Positions 11,871 to 23,548 of a DNA stretch of 46,344 bases are shown here, in pieces. Within the stretch, counting starts at the first letter, position 1; the number at the start of each line of letters is the position of its first letter. The notes below the pieces were generated by a model. The model searched no databases and was not told where the DNA came from. It was given only the letters and a program-made list of their open reading frames with translations. Source of the DNA: Chromera velia (lineage: Eukaryota); contig JAHBMJ010000479.1 in NCBI GenBank assembly GCA_018398765.1, positions 1 through 46,344 on the forward strand, written 5' to 3'. Position numbers and translations under genes: made by a program.

Positions 11871-12680
11871 TCAATCGTACTGAGTGGATCGCACCGCGAT
11901 AAAGAAAACATTGGAGGTCAATCAAAACCTCCTTATTGGCCAATTCATATTCGACACCATTTTATTCAAGATTTCTTCCTCTGTTGGAGGAAACAGGGCA
12001 GGGGGCTAATATACGCCAACCACAGAGGCGTGCCCAACCTCAAAGTATAATTCGTTGACATCCATTCCGCGGTCCTCGAAATGCAGCTGCAGTTCCACCA
12101 TGCTCGACCCGGACTAATGCGGGACGTCAATATCGGGGGGGATGTGCACTTTGTAGAAAGCCGACAGTTTGTAATCTCTGCACTCTAAAATCTGTCTCAC
12201 AGCCTCCTACTCAGAGCTCCCCTCCCTGACAGCCCTGTAGGTACAGCCGCATAGCACCGCGGCACGAAGCATTAAGTCCAGCCTGGAGTTATTGGGTGTC
12301 AGCCCAAGCCAGGAAGGCGGAGCTCTGGGCCTCTTTCTGAGATGATACAGACTGAAGGATGCTGCCTCAGAGTCATTCTGCAAGGCCTTTTTCTCTCGAG
12401 ACATATGGAGACAATCCAGAGCGTGAAGGAGGTTTGCCTTCAACAAAGGGTCATTGCGGGCCTTGTGAGAAGGCAACAGTTCCCTGATAGGAACACCAGT
12501 GCGCAGGTGGGCAAGAACGTATTCGACTGCCTGAGGGTCAAGGTCAAGCTAGAGTGGGGAATCAGAGAAAGGGATAGCCTCGAAAAAAGGGGCCTTTTAC
12601 AGTGTATTCTTTCTCGTTTCAAACTTTGTACCGCCGACGTTCAGTACGACAAAATCTCTGTCAGCCGCAGTGCGCATCAT
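11871..12680 (-). pseudogene. KCTD/T1-type BTB/POZ domain protein pseudogene (~270 codons)
   Basis: One frame reads MMRTAADRDFVVLNVGGTKFETRKNTL*KAPFFEAIPFSDSPL*LDLDPQAVEYVLAHLRTG..., which carries the canonical LNVGG and DP...LRTG motifs. Six internal stops and no frameshift. The 3' end is uncertain. Confidence 0.8.
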
Positions 12681-13599
12681 TTTTCTGATCCAGATAGTTG
12701 GATGCTAAGTTGCAGAACATACACCTTTTCAGGAGTGCTAGCAGGAGTGTGACTATGAGGAAGAACAGGGGATTGCCACAGCAGAGTTTCAATATCAGTC
12801 AGCGCTCAGACCCATGCAGTGAGTGCTGTTGCGTACCTCCGTACTCTTCGGCGCATTTTCTCGGCGAGGTCTGCTCAGCAAGTCACTGAGTCAGCAGTTT
12901 ATTTTGGAATAATTTTGGAAGACGAAAATACTTGCTTCGAAGCTTTCCGAGTTATCGGACTTCTGGAAGAGAGTGCTTCATGCAGCATATAGACGGGGGG
13001 CTTGTGTATGCTTGAATAAAAAACTCAGTCAAGAAGGACTTTTCCCATGCCTCGCCAGCAAGAGTGGGTGTGCACAAGTCTGACAGGTTTGGGGAGGCGT
13101 GTATGGTTGGGTTTCTAGAGCTTATATAGAGAGCAGAGATAATGATTGACTGATAATTATATATAAAGCGACTGACCTTCGCTGGACTTCAATTACTGTG
13201 CGTGCATGCATGACATGCAGCTTTAGTGTCTCTCTGGTCCTTTGTCGGGCCAGTATACATCTTGCCTAGGCATAGGTCCTGTCCGTCTATTATGGCCAAT
13301 CTGTTGTAAATGCAAGCCCCTCAGACTAGGCCGCCGCGCCTAGCTTATACTACTCTATGGTGGATAAAAATTAATTATACCTTTCATTCTCCATGTGTTC
13401 GCGTGGTCAACTCTGCCTATCTATGGATGAGCGTTGTGGTCTTCCTTTTCCCTTCCCCGACTTCTTCTCCAATGGGTTCCTTAGCTAGTTAAAAAAATTT
13501 GTTTCTCCTCAACCTTTTCTTTACATCCATAAATTCTTTTGTATGCTTAGCGGCTTTTGGCTCCTTTGTCATGTTTCTTCTCCAGCAGGTGTATCGGGG

Positions 13600-13636
13600 T
13601 GCATGCATGCAGCAGCATGCGACGTGCGTGCATGCA
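13600..13636. promoter_or_regulatory. Cluster of TGCATGCA palindromes (ApiAP2-type motif) upstream of the ERD2-like gene
   Basis: TGCATGCATGCA at 13600-13611, GCATGC at 13615-13620 and TGCATGCA at 13629-13636, ~350 bp before the ATG. Confidence 0.35.
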
Positions 13637-13988
13637 GTTTTAGCCGATTTTGGGGGTGACCCCGCAAAACCATACGTGGGGGGCACTTTCGCGAACAGAT
13701 TGCCCACAAATTTTGCGTACGGGGACGTTCGCACGGATTTCGTCTCATGCAGATCCGACGATTGAATTCTGTGAAAGGTCAGAAACCGATTCTTAATTCA
13801 ATGAACTTCCAGCAAAAGAGGGGAAGAATCCTCTTCATCCTTCACCCGCAGTACATCGAAGAAGTTTTGTAAGTCAACAGCAGTCCATCTACCAGTCCAT
13901 CTGATCAGTTGTGCAGCCCACTTCGCGTCTGCGATCGAAATCGGAAACGCGACTTCTCCCATTTCAGATTCGATTCTACTGAGCGAAG

Positions 13989-14984
13989 ATGGCGTCTGCA
14001 CAGAAGTCTCCGTCGGCTTTGACCACCCCTGCCGCGATCAGGCGGATGGTAAACGATGCAATGAAGAGAGCAATGGATCCGTCTTTCATGCGACAGCAGT
14101 GCATGAAGCACTCTGTTAGCCTTTTCCTGTGGACGTCTTTTCTCACGTCGACAGCCCTGGTGTACTTCACCCTCTCGAACAACAGTTTTTCGTTTCTTTT
14201 GGTGTTGTCATCACTCATCTCAGCATTCGGGTAAGTAGAACTTCATCACCTTTTTCAAGCCTCTTGTTCCTTCTACAATCGCTTCATAAACGCCCCACTT
14301 GCTCTTCTGCTCAGGTTCATCATGGTCACTGTGAAGGTTCTTATGGCGAGATCTGTTGCCGGCGTATCTTTGAAGATGATGGAAATCTACCTGGCAGTCC
14401 ACCTGTTGAGGCTGTACGCAATCGTGCCTTATGACGGGTATCTTCCTGTGGACGCTACCGGTGACTGGTTCTATCAGTGCGTCGAGGGGGTCTCCTGTCT
14501 GTGCGCATTCCTGATCATCTTCTTTTGCAGAGGCGCCTTCCGCAACACATACGATTCTTCAGTTGACTCAACAAGCCAATTGATGCTCGTCATTCCTGCC
14601 ATCGTCATGGCTTACTTCTTTCACCCTCGGTTGAACAGACACGAACCCAGCGATATCGCCTGGGCTCTGTCAGTCTACCTTGAGGCAGTCGCATACCTCC
14701 CGCAGCTGTTCCTCTTCAGGAGAGCATACCTTGCTCAACCCTTCCTGAGCCATTTCATGGCAGGACAGGCACTCTCCAAGGTGATTTCTTACGTCTTCTG
14801 GCAGAAGGTTGCACTTCAGTTGAATCAGCTGAAGGATATCTTCAGCCCGACAGTGGGAGTGTTCGTGTTGGGGGTTCAGCTGGTTCAGGTTTGCATTATG
14901 GCCTATTTCTGCTACCACTACCTCCGGTGCCTCGCGAAGGGACGCCCATTGAAGTTCATCTTCAATTTTGGCGAGGAAGTCTGA
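13989..14984 (+). CDS. ER lumen protein-retaining (KDEL) receptor family / ERD2-related protein, ~303 aa, exons 13989-14230 and 14315-14984
   Basis: Motifs SVAGVSLK, YLPVDATGDW, TYDSSVD and WALSVYLEAVAYLPQL, with multiple TM segments. The GTAAGT...CAG intron joins the two ORFs in frame. Confidence 0.88.
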
Positions 14985-16569
14985 GCAAGGGGGGGGAGGA
15001 GAGAAAGAGTCATTTTGGCAGCTGGTGAATGACCGATCGATGAGTGGGTTAGTGAATGAATCATTGAATGAATGCATAAGCGAATGATGGACCAACTATA
15101 TGTGTCTGTCCCTTTTTGCATGTGCATGTATGGCGATGCTTATCCTATCCCCGATGTCTCTTGGTTGTCGAATGTTGAACGAGGTTGAGAAGACGGTTGG
15201 CGGCGCGTACGGCTTGCATGGGGGGCCTGGATTATCTGGAAGGCAAAAGGAAGAGGCGGAGGGCCGAAGGCGGACTGAGAAGTAGCTGGAAATACGGACG
15301 AGGACTTCAAGAGAGAAAGAGGGGAGATCAATTCGTTCAATGGCGAGAGAGAGAAGGCTCACTTGACTTGTCTTGAGTGCAAAGAACGTCTGCCTGTCTT
15401 TCTGTCAAACTGACTTCGTAAAGTGCATACGTGAGTGACTGTGCGAGTGACTTCATATGTGTGTTGTGTTCTAGACTTTCTGTCTGTCTGCGTGCGTGTG
15501 GCCAGGTATTCTACCTGCCTGTCTTTTTGTCTTTCTGTGTGTTTGTCTTTTGTTTGAGCTCTTCCGCTTCATCTGCGGAGAAGAGGCCCTCGCTGCTGCT
15601 GCTGACACACAAAGTGGGGATGATGAAAGAGGGGTGGGTCCCTCGATATTCGATGAATGGGGGGGAGAAAGGAAGGAAGGAAGAAAGACTGCCTGCTCAA
15701 GAGGGAAAAAGAGGAAAGACACAGGCTCGTAGGGGTCCCTCCAAGGATGTTGTGAAGAGGAGACAAGGACTGTCGAGTCCTTCGTCAAATAAACAAGAAG
15801 AATAGAAGGAAGAACAGGAATAAAGCAAAAATGGGAATGCGTTTTTTCGTTGATCGAGTCACCTGCATACTCTTTCCTTGTTTCTGGGAAGGGAAGCTGG
15901 GCATGCAGGCAGCTTGACACAAGTCAAGAAAGGAAAAGAGAGGACGACCAGGGAGCATCTTGTATACATGTACATGTGTGTCCGTGGTGTGTACATGGTG
16001 TGTGGTTGCATCCATGTCGAAAAAGTCCTAGCTGCATTTTTTCACTAGCAACAAGCGAAGAAACTCGGGAGACTGTACGAGTATTGAACAACAAGAAGAG
16101 CGACAGAAGAAAACAAATTGTCGCATTTTAGTCACTCAATCATTTTGGTGTGGGGTGAGTCTGTTTCTCTCTGCAAACGTCCGGCCTGCCTGAGAGATTT
16201 TCAAGGAAGGAAGGCCTTAATTTGATCCGATCCGTCATGCACACCGTCTGGCTGACGGACAGAGTCATGTGAGAAGGGATGCAGATGCGTCCGTCGAATT
16301 CCGTGCACCGCCCCATGCAGCTGCCTGTCAGACGCCCACCCGGCATCATCGAAGAATTGCGTCTCTGCGCATTTTGTGGCGGACGGGGGGTCAATGAGAC
16401 AGGATCGCGCCGTCGATGTTTTTTCACGACTTTTTATTCGTCAACAAATAAATATAGCAGGATAATATATGATAATATACTTTAAAGTTTGAAATTATAA
16501 GTTTGCTTATGACAAAAATATGTTAAAATTTGTAAAGATTAAAATGGTTAAGCCAAAACAACCCTGTAA

Positions 16570-16851
16570 AAAATGTTAGATTCACAGTTATAGAAAAGTG
16601 ATAAAAAAAGTTGTTAAATTAGAAAAGTGATGGAAAGGGGATACATACATAGAAAACGGATAGAAAAGTGACAGAAATTCAAATTAAGTTAGAAAAGTGA
16701 TAGAAATTTTGACCTTAATTTATAATATGTTAGAAATTATATACTCAATTTTACTTAATTTCTATTATAGACCTATAGTTTCTATTAGTTTCGAGCTATT
16801 AAATGTTAGACATGTTAGAAAAGTGCTAGGGAAAAACTATGATAGAAAAAG
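16570..16851 (+). repeat. Degenerate TAGAAAAGTGA repeat array, resuming at ~21411-21450
   Basis: Many spaced copies of TAGAAAAGTG(A). The array is split by the LTR element. Confidence 0.65.
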
Positions 16852-17449
16852 TGAAAATAGATACTGGAATTGCCCATGCGGAGGAAGGAAGCTAGGAGAG
16901 ATCTATGGAGAAGTATGGCAAGAGTGTTGCATACACACAGAGTGGAAGGGTGATCGTACGAAAGTAGAGTTAATACATTATGAAGGATTCATTGTGGAGT
17001 TCCGACTCTAAGGAGAGTGTCATCTTCCCCATGGTTTCTCAAATGATCAGTGATTACTACACTTTTTGTTCAGCCGGATTAAACAACACATGTGCAACAG
17101 TGTGTACAGATATCATAAATATGGCTTCCATAACTGTCAATATAGAGATATTGTGCGGCGGCGCATGGCGGCGCAGTGCCTGTTGCATTGGTTCTATCAA
17201 TTGGACCCAATAGGAATGTTTTACTCTCCCCCTCATCCAAACATACTGAGCGTTTCTTTGCTCTCTTCTGTAAGTTCTGTTTGTGTTGTCTTTCTTTTTT
17301 TTTTTTTTTCGAGTAGAGACATTAGAGTGGTATGTTGAAGGAGTCAGATACTGTGAGAACCTGTATGGTGAGGTAGTCCAGAATAGTCAAGAATTCACAA
17401 AGAGTAAGGATCACACTTCTACTTAAGTACTTTCATATTCTGTTACATG

Positions 17450-17613
17450 AATCACAACTCGATTCAACACAAATAAACAACAGTGTGTACAGATATCATA
17501 AATATGGCTCAAATAAATGCACGTATCTCCCAATACAGAGATACAGTGCGGCGGCGTGGCACGGCGCAGTGCCCGTCGCCATGATCCTTCCAACTGGACC
17601 CAAGCCATATTTC
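17450..17613. repeat. Diverged partial copy of the LTR terminus
   Basis: Shares CAGTGTGTACAGATATCATAAATATGGCT...CAATACAGAGATA...GGCGCAGTGCC...AAGCCATATTTCA with the LTRs. Confidence 0.8.
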
Positions 17614-17860
17614 ACACACTGGGGTTGCGAGAAAGTGACGCCCTGCAACACATCAGTACAGGAGGTGTCATGCAAAGCAGCGAAGAGAAACAGAAGAAGA
17701 AAGAGAAAAGAGGAGAAGCACAGAGCCTCAGAGTCTACAAAAGATAGCCGCAAGAGAAAATGCCCTCCCAAGATACAACAGCAGTAGCCTTCAGTCTCCC
17801 GACTGTGGACTATATTAACCAGTCCATTGGAGTAGATAGGGGCCATAGAGAGAAGAGAGA

Positions 17861-18794
17861 TGCGTGGGACGGTAACTCTCGGAGTGTTCCAGACTTAAGA
17901 CCTAAAATCAGACTGTATTTTGCAGAGTATGTTTTCGGAGTGTGTCAATCGGAGTGTGTCTATCAGAGTGTGTTCAGGCGGAGTGTCATACAAGCTAGAC
18001 CTATTGTCGGAGTGTGTTCTCTAAATCAAACCACCTATGATTTTTTTTTCAAAAAAAAAAAAAAATTAAAAAAAAAATAGAATTATTTTTTTTATAACTT
18101 GAAGTAGGTAGCTTAGTTTATTCTTTAGATTTCCTAGGGAAAAAAGTTTATGGAAATCTGTTTTTATGATTTTTTAATTCAGTTTTTATATGATAAGTAT
18201 GACGGTATATATGTCTTTCTATATTTTTTAGCGTCTTCTGGTTCCCCTAGCACGACCTCTTCCTCTTTTCGGACTCGCTCTACCCTGATTCCAATCTTAA
18301 TCTTCATCATAATCATCTGATGACAAAGCATCTTCTAACTCGCTATCAGCAGTCCATTGCGATCTCTTCTTTTCTTATGCTTTCGCTTGCACCGCTTCCT
18401 TTTTTTTTCATGTTGTTTGCTTTTCTTTTCCACAGCGGTGTCTGTCTGGGTCCGGTGTGTGTGGTCCACAAAGTGGTTTTCTGTTTTTGGCAGATGGGTG
18501 AACGGAGTACTCCAGTTTCAACTCCACCACTTACAAGACCACACACAGGACGTATGCCCCCATTGAATACTATCACTGATTGTAAAAAACCCTTCTAAAT
18601 AAATCTAATTTGTCTTAGTATGGCTCACGTGGCCTCTAGACCACCTATTTCTGGTGTGTGTCACCTTTATTGGTGTGTTACAGCGGTAAGACTGAAATCC
18701 GGAGTGTGTACCACCATTGCTGGAGAGTTAGGCCTCCTACGCCTAAGTTTGGAGTGTGTACCCAGACATACTCTGACAGATATTGACCCACGGA
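17861..18794. mobile_element. Possible degenerate TIR element with subterminal GAGTGTGT repeats
   Basis: The start TGCGTGGGACGGTAACTCTCGGAGTG resembles the reverse complement of the end (TCCGTGGGTCAATATCTGTCAGAGTA). Many (C/G)GAGTGTGT units lie at 17880-18020 and 18700-18760. Confidence 0.4.
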
Positions 18795-18809
18795 GACATG
18801 CAATGCCAT

Positions 18810-18904
18810 CGTGCATCTCCCAATACAGAGATACAGTGCGGTGGCGTGGCGCGGCGCAGTGCCCGTCGCTATGATCCATCCGACTGGACTCAAGCCATAT
18901 TTCA
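18810..18904. repeat. Second partial copy of the LTR terminus
   Basis: Near-identical to 17522-17613. It is followed by a CATCCAAA tract like the one next to the PPT at 17234. Confidence 0.8.
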
Positions 18905-18949
18905 TACACACACCCATCCAAATACACCAAACCTTACTCGCTCTTCCAG

Positions 18950-21000
18950 ATGCTCTTCCGTCGTTCTGCTGAATTCTCTCTAGCCATTCTTCCATAGCTT
19001 TGCTCGTGGACGGATAGCGCTTACCTGACTGAGTAGTACTCTCAGTCGTTCGGGTTGCACTACCCAGAATTCCTCTTTATCCACTCCTTCCATTCCACAG
19101 AATATATCTAGGGAATCCACCATCTTTCGGTGGGTGTCTGCTGCGGTTATGGCTTTGGAGATTAGATCATCTTGCACCTTTCTTCTGGATATGTTTTATA
19201 ACAGTTTAGCCTCCTTCTCAATGTGCTTTTCTTGTTTGCCAGACACAGTCTGTACTAGCTGGCGTGTCGTAAGGCGCCTGTACTCTCACACAGCCCCTCG
19301 CCTAAGACACGACAGTGCTGACTGTTGCTGTGTCTGGGTCCAAATGTAACCGTGGCGTCTCGGTCTCGGAGACCTCTGACAGGCTGTCGTCTTTTGAATC
19401 TCTCTGCCCCCTCTCTAGCCCCCTCTCCTTGGTTGCGTACATCGAAGAAACTTGACGCACACTGCACCCCCTTCCCATGGCAACGTCGTTGGCAGGGCCT
19501 GAGGAGAATCTTCTAGCTCTGCTTGGGGCTTCATTTTTTCTGCTCTGCCTGTCTGTCTCTTCAATCGCCTCTTCATCTTTTTCTTTCTTGGTTCTCCTTG
19601 CACTTGTCGTACCCTTTTTTGAGTTATGTTCTCTGCCTCTTCTAGGGCCTCTTAGAGCTCATCTGTCTTAAAGTTTGTCACAGTGATCTCTCTATGCACT
19701 GGTCGTGCCTTTCTGTGTCTCTCTTGCTCAGCAGCCTGAGGCTCTGTCTGACCATTCTGGAGCTCATCAATCTCCCTAGGCTGACTCTTAACTCCATGTG
19801 TTTCCATTATGCTTTCGCGCACTCTTGGGCTTGTTTGGAGCTCATCGATCTTTCTAGGCCTTTCTTGCACCTCCTGGAGTTCTCTTACCATTTCCGTCTC
19901 TCTGTGTGCTTTCTTCTACACTTTCTTGCTCTCAGGCTCTCTTTGGCCTCTCACAGACTTCGCTTCCTCTCTGGACTCTTTCCCCACGGTTTTGCTTCCA
20001 AGCTGTCTGTAGCTTTTCTGAAGCGTTGTAGTCTCACTCGTCTTTCCACATTTTCCCTGCCTATCACTGCCTCTGCGAAGCTCTCTGTCTTCTTGCTGCA
20101 GTGTGCCTTCTTGCTGGTATGTTGGTTGCACTTTGTTTGCACCAACAGGGACCTGCAAAGGCATTTTTAACTCTTTCCACTCTTTTCTTCTTTCTGTCTC
20201 GCTTTGTTTTTCTACTGTCTGGCTCGCCTCTTTACAACTCTCTGCAGCCCCTGCAAATCCTGAGAGCATATACGGATCGACTTCATCAATGAAGTCAACA
20301 TTCCCCATCATTGGTCTGAGGATGTCGGGGAATCCGGTCTCACTGAGAAATTGGAGTTGATAGACGGCCACCTTTTTCTGCTAACAATTTGCTCATCTTC
20401 TTAGCATTTTGATGCTTCTGTTTCTAAGTGTTGTACTGAAAATACAGTCGGGTATCCCTCTGTTAACTGCGCATCTTTCAATCAGGCACACAACCGCCAG
20501 TAGAAATTCACCACCTGCAGTAAACGTCCGGCGCTCTCCAGTAACCGAGTCCAGTTGCGAGAGGAGTGATCGTAATTGCAACAGCTTTAACGATACTGTC
20601 TGCTCTCTCTCCGATACACATCCTAAAAGCATGTGTAGCCCTGAGCAGTGGCTCCGAAACCTCGTCACGGTAGCCATGTGGAATCTTTCCCAGGAGTCAT
20701 ACTTCAATCTGCCTAAGCACCGGCTAAAAAAAAAAAAAAAAAAAAAAAAGCGATTTGAGGAGATCTTTTTTTTTTTTTTTACTTTTCAATCCTGAACAAC
20801 ACTTAGCAACAGTTGTGCAACACACAAACAACACTTGTACAACACTTAAACAACATGCAGTTGTTTGACTCATACAGAAAAAAAAAAAGTGAAGGGTTTT
20901 GGGGGATCTTTTTTTTCTTTTTCTCTAGCCGGCGCCTAGCAATCTGTACTGCTGTGTACCGACGTAGCTTCATCTCTCTCCAATTAGGTTATGAGTTCGT
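18950..21000 (-). pseudogene. Decayed internal ORF of the LTR element (gag-like or coiled-coil, unidentified)
   Basis: Consecutive minus-strand ORF fragments (20393-20707 and 19916-20371 share a frame; also 19652-19891 and 18980-19177), E/K/R-rich, with repeated IDELQ units. No RT, INT or PR motif seen. Confidence 0.5.
20713..20939. mobile_element. MITE (227 bp), hAT-like, 8-bp TSD
   Basis: TIRs CTAAGCACCGGCTA / TAGCCGGCGCCTAG. Flanks CAATCTGC (20705-20712) and CAATCTGT (20940-20947). Internal CAACAC repeats. Confidence 0.8.
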
Positions 21001-23548
21001 CGTCTTTTGTTCTCGCTGGCGTCACCAGTGAAAATAGATACTGGAATTGCCCATGCAGAGGAAGGGAGCTAGGAGCGATCTATGGAGAAGTATGGCAAGA
21101 GTGTTGCATACACACAGAGTGGAAGGGTGATCGTACGAAAGTAGAGTCAATACATTGTGAAGGATTCATTGTGGGGTTCCGACTCTAAGGAGAGTGTCAT
21201 CTCCCCCATGGTTTCTCAAACCATCAGTGATAACTACACTTCTTGTTCAGCCGGATTAAATAACACATGTGCAACAGTGTGTACGGATATCATAAATATG
21301 GCTTCCATAACTGTCAATACAGAGATATTGTGCGGTGGCATATGGCGGCGCAGTACCTGATGCATTGGTCCTACCAATTGAACCCAACGTCACCCAAGCC
21401 ATATTTCACTGAAAAGTTGTTAGAAAAGTGATAGAAAAATAATATAGAAATTTGATTTATTTTTTTTTCAGTGAACGACTTATATAGACTCATAGCTAGA
21501 CTCATAGTCATAACCTAGGTCATATAACCTCTATACCGTCATCTACCGTCACTGGCAAATTAATTAAATAGCTAATAACCTGCAGCAGCAAAATATATGT
21601 ACATACAATATACTTCGATTTTCTTATCCCCCTTATACAACTTATAATATAAGTATGAGCACATATGTGAGGATTGCGAATAAGCCATTATATATGACAA
21701 CTAGTATGACAAATGCAGTGCGATAAATTTGATAAGAATCATGATTCTTATAGGATGAATACCAATTAAAAGTGCATGCATGTGGGTAGTTAATATTAGA
21801 CTGTGATCGGTCTATCTTTTCTCGTCGCACCAAAAGTCTCTTTCTCGAGTCTTGACTGTCAACAGGAAAGGAGAGGTATGTTTTTCTTCTGATCAGGGCT
21901 TCGGCCTTGCTGCCTGTATGAGCTGCTTTCTTTTTTCATTTCTTCAGACCGCTGTCGAGAGCGCGATCCACTCTCACGATGTCTTCCGTTCGCTTCCGTT
22001 CCTCTTTCAGTGCTTCTCTCTTCGCAGCGTGGCTCTGGTTTGTGATGCGCTGGTCGTTGTCCTTTCCGGTTCTTTATTGCTCCCCCCGCCCATTCGTTTG
22101 TGACTACAAGTGAGGCTGGGAAGGCAGGAAAGCAGGTACTCAGTGAGTGAGGGTCGACTTTTTATTTTATTTACTCACAAACGAAACGACAGAAAGAATG
22201 ACGAACCTCCTGCATACCCTGCTGCCTCCCTTCCCCCCTCGGTCCCTCCCGTTGACCACCAGATAAGAGGAGCAAAATACCAACCACACACAAAAAGGCA
22301 GAAAGAGGAAAGATCAGACCAGACAACGCAAAAGAAAAAAGATCGCGTACAAGGGGTTGGCTGGGGCTGTACCTGGCGCGGTGGGGAGGTGGCTGGCGGG
22401 GAAGCACTATCGCAAGAAAAGCAAAGAAACACTGGATGGACTGTCAGTCATGAGACCTGACAGGCGTGTGGCGAAGCAGACAACTGGGTTGGTAGGCTGT
22501 GAAAGTGAATAAATGAGTGTTTGAAGCGCTCTCGATGATCGACATCTTTTGCTGTACCACGACAAGCAGGGGGGAACTGCAGGTAAAGAAGTAAGCGGAT
22601 GTGAACGAAAAGAAAAGAGCGGTAATGCAGCCAGACCAGCCAGCCAGGTTGTTTCGTTTCTTCCCTCACTGAAGAAAGACGTGCAAATGGAAGGAAAAGG
22701 CCCCAACCCGCTCAAGCCCCCATATACAAGCAAGTACCAACATGCCGTTCTGGCTCTTCGAAAACGGCTGAGGAGGTATTGCGGACAAAGGAAGAGTGAT
22801 GAGTCTCTTGCGCAAAACAAAACAAAAACAAAGAGATTCTCTTCTCACAGTCGGTCCGACGTCTCGCAGGCAGCCTCGTTGTCTTTCCGTGCCCTTATTC
22901 CTTCCTCTTCTCGCTTTCCTGTGTGTTCTTTTGTTGTCCCTCGACGACGATCACTCACCCACAGCCAAAATCTGAGCCCGTTCCTCGCTAGTCTTCGTTC
23001 GTTCTCTCGTTCTTCCTTCTCTTCCTCCACCCTTCCTCAGAACCCCATAAACAAACAAACCACAGGCCTCAGAACACACCATCAGTCCTCCCTCCCTTAC
23101 CCTTGAGAGAAGCCATCAGTCAGACAAGAGAGAGTCAACAGGCAGACTAGAAAGGGGAGGTAATGATGGTGAGAGGAGAATTCGAAGACAAGTATGCATA
23201 CCCACCCCACCACACCCAGCAACAAACACGGTCCCACCCGACGACGACAAAGACAAAGAGGCACTCACGCACTATTTCCTCCCGTCTCTCCCTCTCTTGG
23301 TCTCTCACCTACGACCAGCCCTCCAACATCCATCCATCCATCCAACACTTACACCTCCCTCTTCTCTCCTCCACTTCCCTTCAAACAAAACGGCAGCCTG
23401 GCAGCCAGTCAATTAACCTCTATACCCTCACAGCTTGGTCCCTTCCCTCCCCAGCCCTCCCCCCAGCACCACACAACAACTCCACTCCTCTTCCTTCCTC
23501 CTCTCTGTACGCGAAGGCTGCTGCCGCCGTCCCCACTTCCCCTCTTCC

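Larger units (their letters stand above)
16852..21408 (-). mobile_element. Decayed LTR retroelement or nested LTR cluster with no recognisable pol
   Basis: Direct repeats at 16852-17223 and 21029-21408 (~94% identical by manual count, TGAAAATA...TATTTCA ends). Minus-strand PBS TGGTGACGCCAGCGAGAA (21027-21010). PPT GAGGGGGAGAG (17234-17224). No TSD found. Confidence 0.7.

Noticed and set aside
11871..12680. TAA/TAG reassigned to Gln, as in ciliates, to explain the in-frame stops
   Set aside because: Long host exons contain no in-frame TAA/TAG, and the lipase model ends in TAG.
15000..16430. Short ORFs after the ERD2-like gene
   Set aside because: No domain motifs and no consistent exon chain.
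16570..18020. CRISPR-like reading of the TAGAAAAGTGA and GAGTGTGT arrays
   Set aside because: Units are short, degenerate and irregularly spaced. The context is eukaryotic and no cas genes are present.
21850..23540. Many short ORFs downstream of SKP1
   Set aside because: Low-complexity purine/pyrimidine tracts, most likely 3' UTR or intergenic DNA.
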